Shown here piece by piece: positions 55,573 to 64,000 of a stretch of DNA of 64,000 bases. The stretch's first letter is position 1. The number at the start of each line of letters is the position of its first letter. This DNA is from a virus, in IMG/VR virus record IMGVR_UViG_3300035211_000050, positions 4,854 to 68,853 of that record, one strand, 5' to 3'. The notes beneath the pieces were generated by a model that saw nothing but the letters and a program-made list of their open reading frames with translations, ran no database searches and was not told the DNA's origin. The position numbers were made by a program, and so were the translations under genes.

Positions 55573-56562
55573 TCATGAACCATCAACTGCTACAGCAAGA
55601 CCAGTAGTCGGATCAGCAGGAACAGATCCACCAACAACATATACACCACTGCTGGCTGTTGCAAGAGCACTGATATCAAGATAAGCTGGATCAATAACAA
55701 GGATCTTGCCTTCTGTCTGTGCGGCATCTAATGAGATCGCTACTGCAGGATCAGCTGAGGCAAGAATGGCATTCATAAAGAGAGGCTTTCTGAGAATCAT
55801 TCTACGCTCAACATCTGTTGCAGTTGTGCTATGAATGCAAGAAGTAGCATTTGTAGCAGCTTTGGTAAGAAATTCACAATTATTAAACTCTACATCGCGG
55901 GCAGCTTTTCCGGTAATTGTTTCTCTGGTCAACAATACACAAGGCCTGGATTTACTTGATCCACCTTTTTCATTAACCAGGTCACCAAAAACACAGAAAT
56001 TGTACTGAGAGCTGTCACCATTACAAAGAAGTTCAGCAGCTAAATCATCTGTAAGATCAGTTGATTTGAAGATCTCACAGAAGTTCATTACAGTGTACTC
56101 ACCACCATCAGCAAAGGCATAAATGCCTTCTGCGACTGTATTGGCATTGATAACTTTTATATTGCTAAAGCTGTTGCGAACTCCGGTATTGAGAATCGTT
56201 GCAATGTTGGAAGAGCCGGAAGATAATGTAGAACTGATCTTCGCATTCTGCCCAAACATTCTTCCACCAGGATCATAACCAAATATATGCATGCGGTTTT
56301 TATCTACTGTCAGCATCTCTGTCAATACATGAGTGCTGTTGCCCATTAGAGCAATTCCTTGATTTTTGTTTGAAGTAATCTTTGACTCCGCATAAGCAAT
56401 GGTTTTCCATGGACGATTGACAGCATTAGATTTCACACCAACACCATCACTACCATTACCATAATCCACGAAGAAACATTCCGTAATTCCTTGAGGAAAT
56501 CCATTAATCATTGGAATACCATCCCATGTTGGTATCCCTTTTCCAAAATTAAATCTTCCCAT
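55573..56562 (-). CDS. beta-helix (pectate-lyase-like) head fibre/decoration protein
   Basis: FFVD..NGSD...PWKTI..A start; directly after the capsid gene. Confidence 0.6.
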   Translation of the reverse strand: MGRFNFGKGIPTWDGIPMINGFPQGITECFFVDYGNGSDGVGVKSNAVNRPWKTIAYAESKITSNKNQGIALMGNSTHVLTEMLTVDKNRMHIFGYDPGGRMFGQNAKISSTLSSGSSNIATILNTGVRNSFSNIKVINANTVAEGIYAFADGGEYTVMNFCEIFKSTDLTDDLAAELLCNGDSSQYNFCVFGDLVNEKGGSSKSRPCVLLTRETITGKAARDVEFNNCEFLTKAATNATSCIHSTTATDVERRMILRKPLFMNAILASADPAVAISLDAAQTEGKILVIDPAYLDISALATASSGVYVVGGSVPADPTTGLAVAVDGS

Positions 56563-56583
56563 AGTAATCTACTCCTTTTAGAG

Positions 56584-56612
56584 TGGCTACCCCTACCAAT
56601 TAGAGGTAGCCA
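56584..56612 (-). terminator. hairpin downstream of the major capsid gene
   Basis: tggctacc...ggtagcca. Confidence 0.55.
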
Positions 56613-56632
56613 GATTAGTTATTAAAATAAAT

Positions 56633-56660
56633 ACTTGCCGTTCACAAATGAACAACAATT
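56633..56660. promoter_or_regulatory. 28-bp palindromic site, copy 5 (acttgccgttc acaaat gaacaacaatt)
   Basis: Same motif, immediately after the capsid stop codon. Confidence 0.72.
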
Positions 56661-56662
56661 AG

Positions 56663-57583
56663 TTATGCTCCGGGAGATCCGAAAATTCCTCTTGGATCGG
56701 TCCAACCAAATGAACCTCTGAATGTTGCCTTGAATTTGGCGTTCTCAGTATCGAAATCATTCTCAGATCCGAAAGCATCAGCGCGCCTTTCCATGTACTT
56801 CAGGCCATCAGGACAATTGGTTTTAATAAACCAAGCATCAGTATCAGTCAGATAATGATTTACAGCAATGCCTTTCGGAAACTTCTTTGTAGCTTTAATG
56901 GCATTTATATCATTATTAGCTGTTCCTGACTGGCCAATGGATTCGAGAATCCTAAATGCATCAAATTCCAAATCCGGAGGAATAATAAGCTGCTGAGGCA
57001 TAATTGCTATTGTAAGACCACGATCAGTCTTAAACGCAGCAATATCGATACAAGCCTGCTCAAGAGCTTCTTCACTCAGGTCAGCGGCAGTTGCAAGTTC
57101 ATTTCTCCATGTACCGCCTGACTTATTCGGATGGTCATCAGCGCACAACTCTTTACCATCAGAATTAGCTCCCATAGTATAAGAACTATTGAAAGCTCTA
57201 TTGAGTATATTAGCTCCAACAATTTCTTTGGTCTGCCGAATTGAGAAAGCAAGAGCATTTGCTCGCCTCAGAGAAACTGTAACCGCAATACCATCTTCAT
57301 ACATCTCACGAGTTATGATAAAACCAAGTCCGTAAGTAATATGAACATAGCGATTAACAAATGCCTGTTCCTGAGAATCGTAAGCAATTCCACTGCCCTC
57401 AGTCTTTATTGCAGCAAGACCAAATCCAGTTACACCGGCCTCTTCTTCATAGGCCCGGCCGGATTTCATTACTTCAAAGATATCCTTGTATTCAATTGGA
57501 TATTCTTTGTACTTCTGGCCAAACCAGGTTCTGACACCTGGAATCAAATCTTTCGCAAAATTACTGGTTGAAATAACTCCCAT
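56663..57583 (-). CDS. major capsid protein (Mu gpT-like HK97 fold)
   Basis: YEEE..GFG.A..K.EG..I.YD, YGLGF.ITREM.ED, LIIPP.L, YLTDTDAWF, DPRG.FGSPGA. Confidence 0.88.
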   Translation of the reverse strand: MGVISTSNFAKDLIPGVRTWFGQKYKEYPIEYKDIFEVMKSGRAYEEEAGVTGFGLAAIKTEGSGIAYDSQEQAFVNRYVHITYGLGFIITREMYEDGIAVTVSLRRANALAFSIRQTKEIVGANILNRAFNSSYTMGANSDGKELCADDHPNKSGGTWRNELATAADLSEEALEQACIDIAAFKTDRGLTIAIMPQQLIIPPDLEFDAFRILESIGQSGTANNDINAIKATKKFPKGIAVNHYLTDTDAWFIKTNCPDGLKYMERRADAFGSENDFDTENAKFKATFRGSFGWTDPRGIFGSPGA

Positions 57584-57597
57584 AGTATGATCCCTCC

Positions 57598-58200
57598 TTA
57601 TACGTCAACGACTGTAACTTGTTCACGATAAGCATGCTCAGCAAGGAGGACTTCCCATTTACAATGTTCACCAAGAACATTATCCTCGCGATTCACTGCA
57701 CGCAAAATTCTGAGATTCCCAGCAGTATCAGTACCAGTATCACTGGAATCAATTTCAATACCGCTAAGTCCAGTAGTCGTACTACCACCACCATCAACAA
57801 AGTTTGCCGCAAGGCCAACCATGTCAGCAGTAATAGTATTACCATCACTGTCTTCCTGAACCTCAAAAATAACAAATGGATCATCAACAACAAGAGCATA
57901 CATTGCTGTACTTGCCACACGATACTTCATGTTGGGATTATCAGGATTGCCCATAACCTGGGGCTGTAAACCAAATCCAATAATTACACCAACATTTGTA
58001 ACATCTCCAGCATCCGATTTTGCAATAGAAGGATATTTCCCTGAAGCATCTGCAGATCCAGCCAATTTAACAATGTCACCTATAAACATTGCATCAGTAT
58101 CAGTAGCTGGAATATAATACACATTTGCTTTTCCATTCCATGGACTGCCATTCAAGTTTTTGATTGGTTTAAGTCCAGAAGGTCTATCTAAATTTGCCAT
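57598..58200 (-). CDS. capsid cement/decoration protein
   Basis: MAN.D.P.GL.P, IGD.V, V.DDP...FEVQ, TG.SG. Confidence 0.7.
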   Translation of the reverse strand: MANLDRPSGLKPIKNLNGSPWNGKANVYYIPATDTDAMFIGDIVKLAGSADASGKYPSIAKSDAGDVTNVGVIIGFGLQPQVMGNPDNPNMKYRVASTAMYALVVDDPFVIFEVQEDSDGNTITADMVGLAANFVDGGGSTTTGLSGIEIDSSDTGTDTAGNLRILRAVNREDNVLGEHCKWEVLLAEHAYREQVTVVDV

Positions 58201-58218
58201 ATTTTACCTCACTAAAAG

Positions 58219-58620
58219 TTATGAAATTTGCACTTTTCCGTGAAGTCCATCAGCTTCTGACTGAGTAGAGTTCCTATTAATTTCTTTCTCAATTGCAGTA
58301 ATTTTATCCTGAGCAATTTTTTGATCCTCATTATAAAATTCTTCAGGAATTTCCATAAGAACTTTTCTCTGCCCATCGCCTTGAGAACTTACACTGCTTC
58401 CAAGTTGATTTGGTTTCCCAATTTTTTCATCACCAACTTGAATATCCTCTTCCACGATTGAATAACCAGCATCTTTAAAACGCTGAATACGATCTCCCTT
58501 ATCGTTAACGAATCGGCGCACGAAGCCAGTCCTTTTCGGTGCAGTTAATACGTTACGTGTTCCCAATGGAATTCTTTTCCGAGATTCTTCCTTCTTAACA
58601 TTTGTTGCTTGCTCAGTCAT
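58219..58620 (-). CDS. conserved head-module protein
   Basis: G..RRFVND..RI.....GY..V; LMEIPEE.Y.ED. Confidence 0.65.
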   Translation of the reverse strand: MTEQATNVKKEESRKRIPLGTRNVLTAPKRTGFVRRFVNDKGDRIQRFKDAGYSIVEEDIQVGDEKIGKPNQLGSSVSSQGDGQRKVLMEIPEEFYNEDQKIAQDKITAIEKEINRNSTQSEADGLHGKVQIS

Positions 58621-58621
58621 T

Positions 58622-59638
58622 TTATGCCTCCTGCATTTTTGCTACATCACTTATATATTGTTCTTCTGTCATCACTCCAGATTTTACAAATTGATTCATA
58701 ATTGCTGTTTGTTCTGGAGTAAGATCTGCTTTTGTAAAAGTAGGTTTTTCATTCCCAGGTTTTCTAGCACTTTCTACAGGGCTAGCAGGGCCAATTACTT
58801 TTTTCTGCCCATTATTGTTTTCGTCCTTATCAGAAAGATTCTCAAGCTTATCTTTCTTTACTTCTTTATCATTCTTTACTTCGTTTGGTTTTTTAAACTT
58901 TTCAGGGAATACTTCCTCTACTTTTTTTCGAACCATTTTATAGATTCGTTCTAATGGAGCGCCCTTATAATCCTGGGCAACTGTCTCAGCATAAGCAGCC
59001 ATATCATCATCTATCAGATACCACTGGTTATCTTTGACCCAATCATCAAAAACAGGGTTATTAGAAGATGGTTTTTCAGTTATTGGTTCTTCCATGTCCT
59101 TCTGTAAGTCATCAATCTTTTTGTCAATTGCATCTACCGTATCAACATCTGCCAATTCGATAGCTTTACGCTTTTGATCTTTAAGAGAATCTAACTCAGA
59201 CTGCATTCTTTTTATTTCAGAACGATAGACTCTTTCATTGTGTTCTTTTAAAGATTCAATTGCTCCCTGAACATTTGTCAACTGGTTCTTCAGTTCACGG
59301 TTATGATCTTTCATTGTATCTTGAATCTCACGTGATCTCAAAATATATGTAGTTGCATCAATGAAATCTTCGCCTTTATGGTCTGGATTCCAACCAAGTT
59401 TAGTGGCAATACTTTCTACAGTTTCCACTGGAGTATCATCAGCTGATGCCGCTGCAGCATCCTTGTTCGGATCTTCTCCAGTATCTTGTTTTTGAGAAGC
59501 TGTATCTTTATCTTGATCATTATTAATCGCAGTTCCATCATCTGTTCCTGAATCAATTTTAGGATCAGCTCCTGCAGCTGCATCAGCTCCCGATGTATCA
59601 GTCTCTGCTAAGATATCTTCTATAAATTCCTCTGTCAT
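58622..59638 (-). CDS. scaffolding protein
   Basis: Acidic N-terminus, GW.P, coiled coil, W...N.W, LTPEQ...M..E.Y. Confidence 0.7.
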   Translation of the reverse strand: MTEEFIEDILAETDTSGADAAAGADPKIDSGTDDGTAINNDQDKDTASQKQDTGEDPNKDAAAASADDTPVETVESIATKLGWNPDHKGEDFIDATTYILRSREIQDTMKDHNRELKNQLTNVQGAIESLKEHNERVYRSEIKRMQSELDSLKDQKRKAIELADVDTVDAIDKKIDDLQKDMEEPITEKPSSNNPVFDDWVKDNQWYLIDDDMAAYAETVAQDYKGAPLERIYKMVRKKVEEVFPEKFKKPNEVKNDKEVKKDKLENLSDKDENNNGQKKVIGPASPVESARKPGNEKPTFTKADLTPEQTAIMNQFVKSGVMTEEQYISDVAKMQEA

Positions 59639-59649
59639 GATAATCCTCC

Positions 59650-59979
59650 TTAGAATGACAATACAGCTAAAATATCATTATCATTCAATAAAATATAATC
59701 CACTTCATCCTTTCCTTTCAGGACAACTCCAGCATATCTTGCATAACTGACATGATCTCCAACTGAAGCCCATGGATGACCATCATCAATATCTGCCCAG
59801 GCAGACGCTCCAATAGATATTACTGTGCCTGAAGTAGCGGCTGCTTGATCTTTGTCCCTGGTTGATTCTGGTAAAATAATGCCTCCAGCTGTTTTCTCTT
59901 CAACTGTATCGGCCAAAACTAAAACATGTCCGCCTGTTGGAATAATTCCTGACTCATTTGTACTATACTCTTTTACCAT
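59650..59979 (-). CDS. groES: GroES-like co-chaperonin
   Basis: IIPTGGHVLV...EEKTAGGIILP...GTVISIG...VGD.V.Y.RYAG...DILAV. Confidence 0.9.
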   Translation of the reverse strand: MVKEYSTNESGIIPTGGHVLVLADTVEEKTAGGIILPESTRDKDQAAATSGTVISIGASAWADIDDGHPWASVGDHVSYARYAGVVLKGKDEVDYILLNDNDILAVLSF

Positions 59980-60024
59980 TTTAATCTCCTTAAATTAAAT
60001 ATTTATATGCAACTAGAATAATTT

Positions 60025-60297
60025 TTAATTCTCTATAATGCCTGGGAATCCCTGTGTGTCTGAAATTTCTTCCTCTTCATCTTCTTCATAAGAGATGTTT
60101 AACAATTGATTAAGACCTTCAATCTGGCCCAGCATTTTATTTGTTAAACCATGAGTCTTCTCGGCAGTGTCACCAATTGTAACACCTTCACACATACTAT
60201 CCTTTAAAGAATCCTTTGCTTTTTGTATTTCTTCAAAAACTGCTTGTGTTACTGGATGTGCTTTCCATTCATTAAACATTTCCTTTGTAAGATTCAT
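60025..60297 (-). CDS. conserved protein downstream of the portal
   Basis: F.EWK.HPVT motif. Confidence 0.6.
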   Translation of the reverse strand: MNLTKEMFNEWKAHPVTQAVFEEIQKAKDSLKDSMCEGVTIGDTAEKTHGLTNKMLGQIEGLNQLLNISYEEDEEEEISDTQGFPGIIEN

Positions 60298-60309
60298 TCT
60301 TAATCTCCT

Positions 60310-62385
60310 TTATTCCTTATTATTAGTTTTTAATCCATACTCTCTTTTCATTGTACTTTCTTTTAGTCCATTTGGAGCTTTTCCAAGAGACTGCTGACTT
60401 CTTCCTAGTTTGATCTGTTGCATTACTTTCATCTCGTCAATATCTAATTTTCTATCATCGTTTATTATTCCAGCAGTTGTTTTGCCTTGAAGATGATATT
60501 CACTTCCAATTTTTGCATAATTCAATGCAGTTTCAGACCTTAACTTTTCAATCTTCGCATCAAGTTCTGCCAACTCAGTTTGGACTTTTTGTAAAGTTAA
60601 TTCTTCTACTGGATCTTTTGCATTTTCATCAGGGAATAGTTTCTCAATATCATCTACATCCATAGCGAGTAAATAACGTCTCATGATTTCTATATCATTC
60701 AATCCCTGACCTTTTAATTCAAGCATGGCCTTGGCTTTCAGTAGGCGCTGTATCATAGTTGTATTATTCGGATCAGCTACAGGAAGCACATCAAAATCAT
60801 GTGTTGCAAAGTCTGCTTGAATATCAGCTTCTGCATTATCAAGAACAGTTGAATAGGTCATCTGATCAAGATATAAAGAATTTAATCTGCGAATCTTCTG
60901 GAATTCTTTATATAATGATCGATAGAGTCTTTTATGAATAGCTGAGTAAACTTGTAATCCCTGCTCAATTAATGCAAGAACACTTTCAGCAGGGACATTG
61001 GCACCAGGAGAGTTGCCAGCCAGAATTTCAGTCATGCCTGCAAGTTCTTTTCCGGCCTCTATTAAGAGTCCCAATAAACTAAACAGTGTCGTTGATGGTT
61101 CGCGTATTGGCATTGCAAAGACATTCTTTTTAATATCTTCACCAGATACCTCTATTTGTTTCCATTCTCCTGACTTTAACTGAATTGATTTTCCTCGACC
61201 GAGTTTTATGCCTCTGCCAAGGAAACCATTCTGACGATTTGAAAGTGTTCCTGCATCTATGAGCTGGTTAATTAATGTGTTTATGGCTGCATTTGTACTC
61301 ATTAATAATGAGCCGAATCCCATACCATAAAAACCACCATCAATGGCTGGCATAAAAATATAACGGGTAAAATAATGCTCAGGAATAATCTTAATTATTT
61401 TACCTTTAGCATTTCTTAGAATGCCATCAGTTGCAAATCTTGGCGCTATGCGAACTAATTTCTGAGAATCTGCATGAACAGTTACGATATATGGTTCTTG
61501 ATAACCATCCTCGTCTAGGTCATACCACCTATGTTGTTCTAGAAATAAATGTGGAGTTTCTTCATCAGTATTTGAAGTCTCCTCAGATGTAGCTTCTCCC
61601 AGCTCATCAATATCAAATTGAATAAAGACGCCTGAATTTATACGTTCGACAATTTCATTGTGATATAAATATACTTTATGGGTAACTCTTGGTGCTCTTT
61701 CCAATGATTTTGTAAAATAATTTACAACCAAATCATCAGCGAAAACCATTTCAGATATATTGCGTCTCTCAATGGAATCAAAGTAACTCTTTTTAAATGA
61801 GCATCCAATTGCAGGCAGTGTAAAGAGAAGTTGATCAACATCTTCTTCCCAATCAACCATTTCATTAAGAACCTGAAAAGACATGAACTTGCTAATTCGG
61901 TCAGCCCGTTTAAATTTTAAATCCTCTGGATCATCGCCAATAACTTTACCTTTTACAACATTATCACCTTTGATAATTTCAGGATAGGCACGAGCTGCGA
62001 ACTGGATACAAGCAGTAATGATTAATGGATATTTTATATTTGCAACAACTTCGCCAGCATAAGTCTTTTTACTTACAAGCAGCTTAGCAAGGTCAATGAT
62101 CTGCTTATTGAGGTCTTCCCAATCTTTACGAGAATCCAGATCAAGTTGATAGCCATCAAGAACTTTGGAGGTCAAATCGCTAATGACTTTCTCATCTACT
62201 TTTGGAGCAATGTTACTAATTAGAACAGCAGCTTCAGCTCGCAAGATTTCCTTCTCAATTACTTGAAGTTCTTCTTCCGCAGGCTGGTCTTGCTCAGTTA
62301 GAATAGCTTCAATTGGCTCTTCTGTTGCCCATACTTGACGATTACCTTCAGTTGGTTCTTCTAATATATTTTGATCTGGTTCCAT
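60310..62385 (-). CDS. portal protein
   Basis: 691 aa after terminase; D..SR.DW, YPLI..A.IQF.ARA, DLD.DGY.EPY, FYG.G.G. Confidence 0.85.
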   Translation of the reverse strand: MEPDQNILEEPTEGNRQVWATEEPIEAILTEQDQPAEEELQVIEKEILRAEAAVLISNIAPKVDEKVISDLTSKVLDGYQLDLDSRKDWEDLNKQIIDLAKLLVSKKTYAGEVVANIKYPLIITACIQFAARAYPEIIKGDNVVKGKVIGDDPEDLKFKRADRISKFMSFQVLNEMVDWEEDVDQLLFTLPAIGCSFKKSYFDSIERRNISEMVFADDLVVNYFTKSLERAPRVTHKVYLYHNEIVERINSGVFIQFDIDELGEATSEETSNTDEETPHLFLEQHRWYDLDEDGYQEPYIVTVHADSQKLVRIAPRFATDGILRNAKGKIIKIIPEHYFTRYIFMPAIDGGFYGMGFGSLLMSTNAAINTLINQLIDAGTLSNRQNGFLGRGIKLGRGKSIQLKSGEWKQIEVSGEDIKKNVFAMPIREPSTTLFSLLGLLIEAGKELAGMTEILAGNSPGANVPAESVLALIEQGLQVYSAIHKRLYRSLYKEFQKIRRLNSLYLDQMTYSTVLDNAEADIQADFATHDFDVLPVADPNNTTMIQRLLKAKAMLELKGQGLNDIEIMRRYLLAMDVDDIEKLFPDENAKDPVEELTLQKVQTELAELDAKIEKLRSETALNYAKIGSEYHLQGKTTAGIINDDRKLDIDEMKVMQQIKLGRSQQSLGKAPNGLKESTMKREYGLKTNNKE

Positions 62386-62421
62386 TTATTTCCTATTTAT
62401 AAGTTAGATATAACAAAATTT

Positions 62422-62739
62422 TTACATTACATCTTCTCTTATTTCTCGTGAATTAATAAATCTTTGCTTGCCAAAATTTTCAGTATAAATAGAAAATCTA
62501 TAAATTATTTTTTGTAAATATTTTGGAAAATTTTTCCATCTTCGAATACGAATATAAAATCGAATAACTTTTATTTGCCAGCCATAATAAATATTTTCAT
62601 TATCAAAATTTAGATATTCTTTTGGAAAAATTGGTAAAATAGGAATCTTTATTTTGAGTCCAAGTAAAGTCTTTTCATTTGATAACCAATTTATACCACA
62701 TCTAAGTTTTTCTCCTTCATTCACTCTTCTAATAAACAT
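62422..62739 (-). CDS. AT-rich hypothetical protein between terL and portal
   Basis: AAGGGG RBS; composition differs from its neighbours. Confidence 0.5.
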   Translation of the reverse strand: MFIRRVNEGEKLRCGINWLSNEKTLLGLKIKIPILPIFPKEYLNFDNENIYYGWQIKVIRFYIRIRRWKNFPKYLQKIIYRFSIYTENFGKQRFINSREIREDVM

Positions 62740-62752
62740 TTGATACCCCTTA

Positions 62753-64000
62753 TTAATATCCTGTATGAAGATTAGTATTTAAATCATTATATTGTTCTGA
62801 ATCTTCCCAGGCATCTAATTCCCAAAAGGGTTTAGCAATTGCTCGGGCCAGGCCTGACATTACCAGATATCTTGTATCATCCATTAAATGATCATTCTCT
62901 TTAACGATCTTACCATTCTCATCTCTATGATAAAGTCTAAATTCAGAAAACCAATTAACTAGCGATTTAAATACTTTTAATTTTCCTAAACTTAACATTT
63001 GCCAAGTTTTATATATACCGGCTTCTACTGCTTTATTTGCATTAGCTATGTCAAGACCACATTCCCAATAAGAATTAAAAAGTTGCCTACCATCTTCTTG
63101 TGATCTTCCATGTGCAGCCGAATCGATAACTCCTGGTATCCATATGCCACGAGCTTTTATGGCCTCAGCATGAACAAAAGGTTCAGCCTGGCCTTTATAA
63201 TACTCAGAATAAAGAAACGTAATATTTGAAGTTGGATCAGTTGCTCCCCATAAACAAGCAGTTTTTTTCCAACCTACATCAAGGGCATAACAGCGCAACC
63301 AATGATCAGGAATCATAAAATCAGATACTGTAATCTCACTCTCTTGAAGAGGATAAATTGCTCCAGAACCTAATTGAGGTATTCCTTTAGATCTGGCCTC
63401 ACGTTGATGTGGAGGTAGTGCTGCATATAATTTATCTTTTTGTGCCTTAGTAAGATGTGGAGCATCATCCCATGTTGCCATTATTAAGAACTTGCTGCCA
63501 TTTGTGCCTTCTTTAATTTCTCCGCTTGGCATAAATTGAAGAACAGTTTCAGTGAGTCCTTCAAGCGGTGTGAATGTTAAAAGTATATGACCATTTGTTG
63601 TCATTGTCCTTGTTAAACATTCAGTGTAGATACTAAGTGGGCATTCTTCATCAAGCCAAATAACGTCTTGTTCAGTACCTTCAAATGACTTACGTCCTTC
63701 AGCATATGACTTTATTTTAATTCGTGATATGCCTCCAGATATATGGCGAACCAAGATTGTATCAACTGCATTTGGAACGCCGCCTGCCTTTGGAGTAGTT
63801 TTTATAATATATTTTTTAGGAATCAGTCCTGTTCCGATTTCTTCAGGAGATCCTATTAATTTCTTTTGTACAATATCTCTTGCTGTTGTTCCTGTAGTTC
63901 CAGCAGCCCAGGCATTAATTGGTCTATTAAATCTCTTACCTATCCACCAGTCTGGATATCGGCCTGTAGCATGAAGAGTCAATTCATAAGCGCCAATACC
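62753..64000 (-). CDS. terL: terminase large subunit (5' truncated by the window edge)
   Basis: IWLDEE Walker B, TFTPL.G, D.PHL, ALDVGW nuclease, NDHLMD..RY; frame open to 64000. Confidence 0.92.
   Translation of the reverse strand, partial: GIGAYELTLHATGRYPDWWIGKRFNRPINAWAAGTTGTTARDIVQKKLIGSPEEIGTGLIPKKYIIKTTPKAGGVPNAVDTILVRHISGGISRIKIKSYAEGRKSFEGTEQDVIWLDEECPLSIYTECLTRTMTTNGHILLTFTPLEGLTETVLQFMPSGEIKEGTNGSKFLIMATWDDAPHLTKAQKDKLYAALPPHQREARSKGIPQLGSGAIYPLQESEITVSDFMIPDHWLRCYALDVGWKKTACLWGATDPTSNITFLYSEYYKGQAEPFVHAEAIKARGIWIPGVIDSAAHGRSQEDGRQLFNSYWECGLDIANANKAVEAGIYKTWQMLSLGKLKVFKSLVNWFSEFRLYHRDENGKIVKENDHLMDDTRYLVMSGLARAIAKPFWELDAWEDSEQYNDLNTNLHTGY

Noticed and set aside
579-63974. Numerous 60-190 aa antisense or nested ORFs in the track (e.g. 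46425..47009 +, 47596..47943 +, 27913..28233 -)
   Set aside because: Shadows of well-supported genes on the opposite strand or in another frame, with no RBS or motifs.
1-64000. Stop-codon reassignment, or a prophage/integrase signature
   Set aside because: Long genes translate intact in the standard code and coding density is high; no integrase, repressor or host genes were recognised.

Overview
AT-rich (roughly 30% GC by eye) tailed-phage genome segment, probably most of a podovirus-like lytic phage of a Gram-negative host (inferred from a lipoprotein plus M15 endolysin lysis cassette). It has two convergent arms. The + strand (1-37174) carries many small early ORFs, then a UvrD-like helicase, a RelA/SpoT-type HD protein, acyl carrier protein, a Cas4-like nuclease/AAA/DUF669 recombination set, ClpP, a HAD nucleotidase, Thg1, an NAD-dependent ligase split by a free-standing HNH gene, a PNK-like kinase, a ParB-HTH-DNA methyltransferase fusion, a UDG-PolA fusion, a DUF3987 helicase, a DEDDh exonuclease and ThyX. 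The - strand (37229-64000) carries terminase, portal, GroES, scaffold, capsid, tail and fibre genes, two large polyvalent ejection proteins and the lysis genes. Four unexplained signals stand out. (1) Five copies of a 28-bp palindrome (ACTTGCYGTTC-A-N4-T-GAACRNCAAKT) are spread every 10-16 kb, one inside a CDS, in a genome encoding a ParB-HTH-methyltransferase; this is a candidate parS-like loading system. (2) Small cargo ORFs are repeatedly followed by a relic copy of the upstream core gene's 3' end. (3) There are three highly structured intergenic elements. (4) PolA has His at the motif B 762 position. No tRNA, rRNA, CRISPR array or integrase was seen. All family calls are by eye from motifs; no database search was run.
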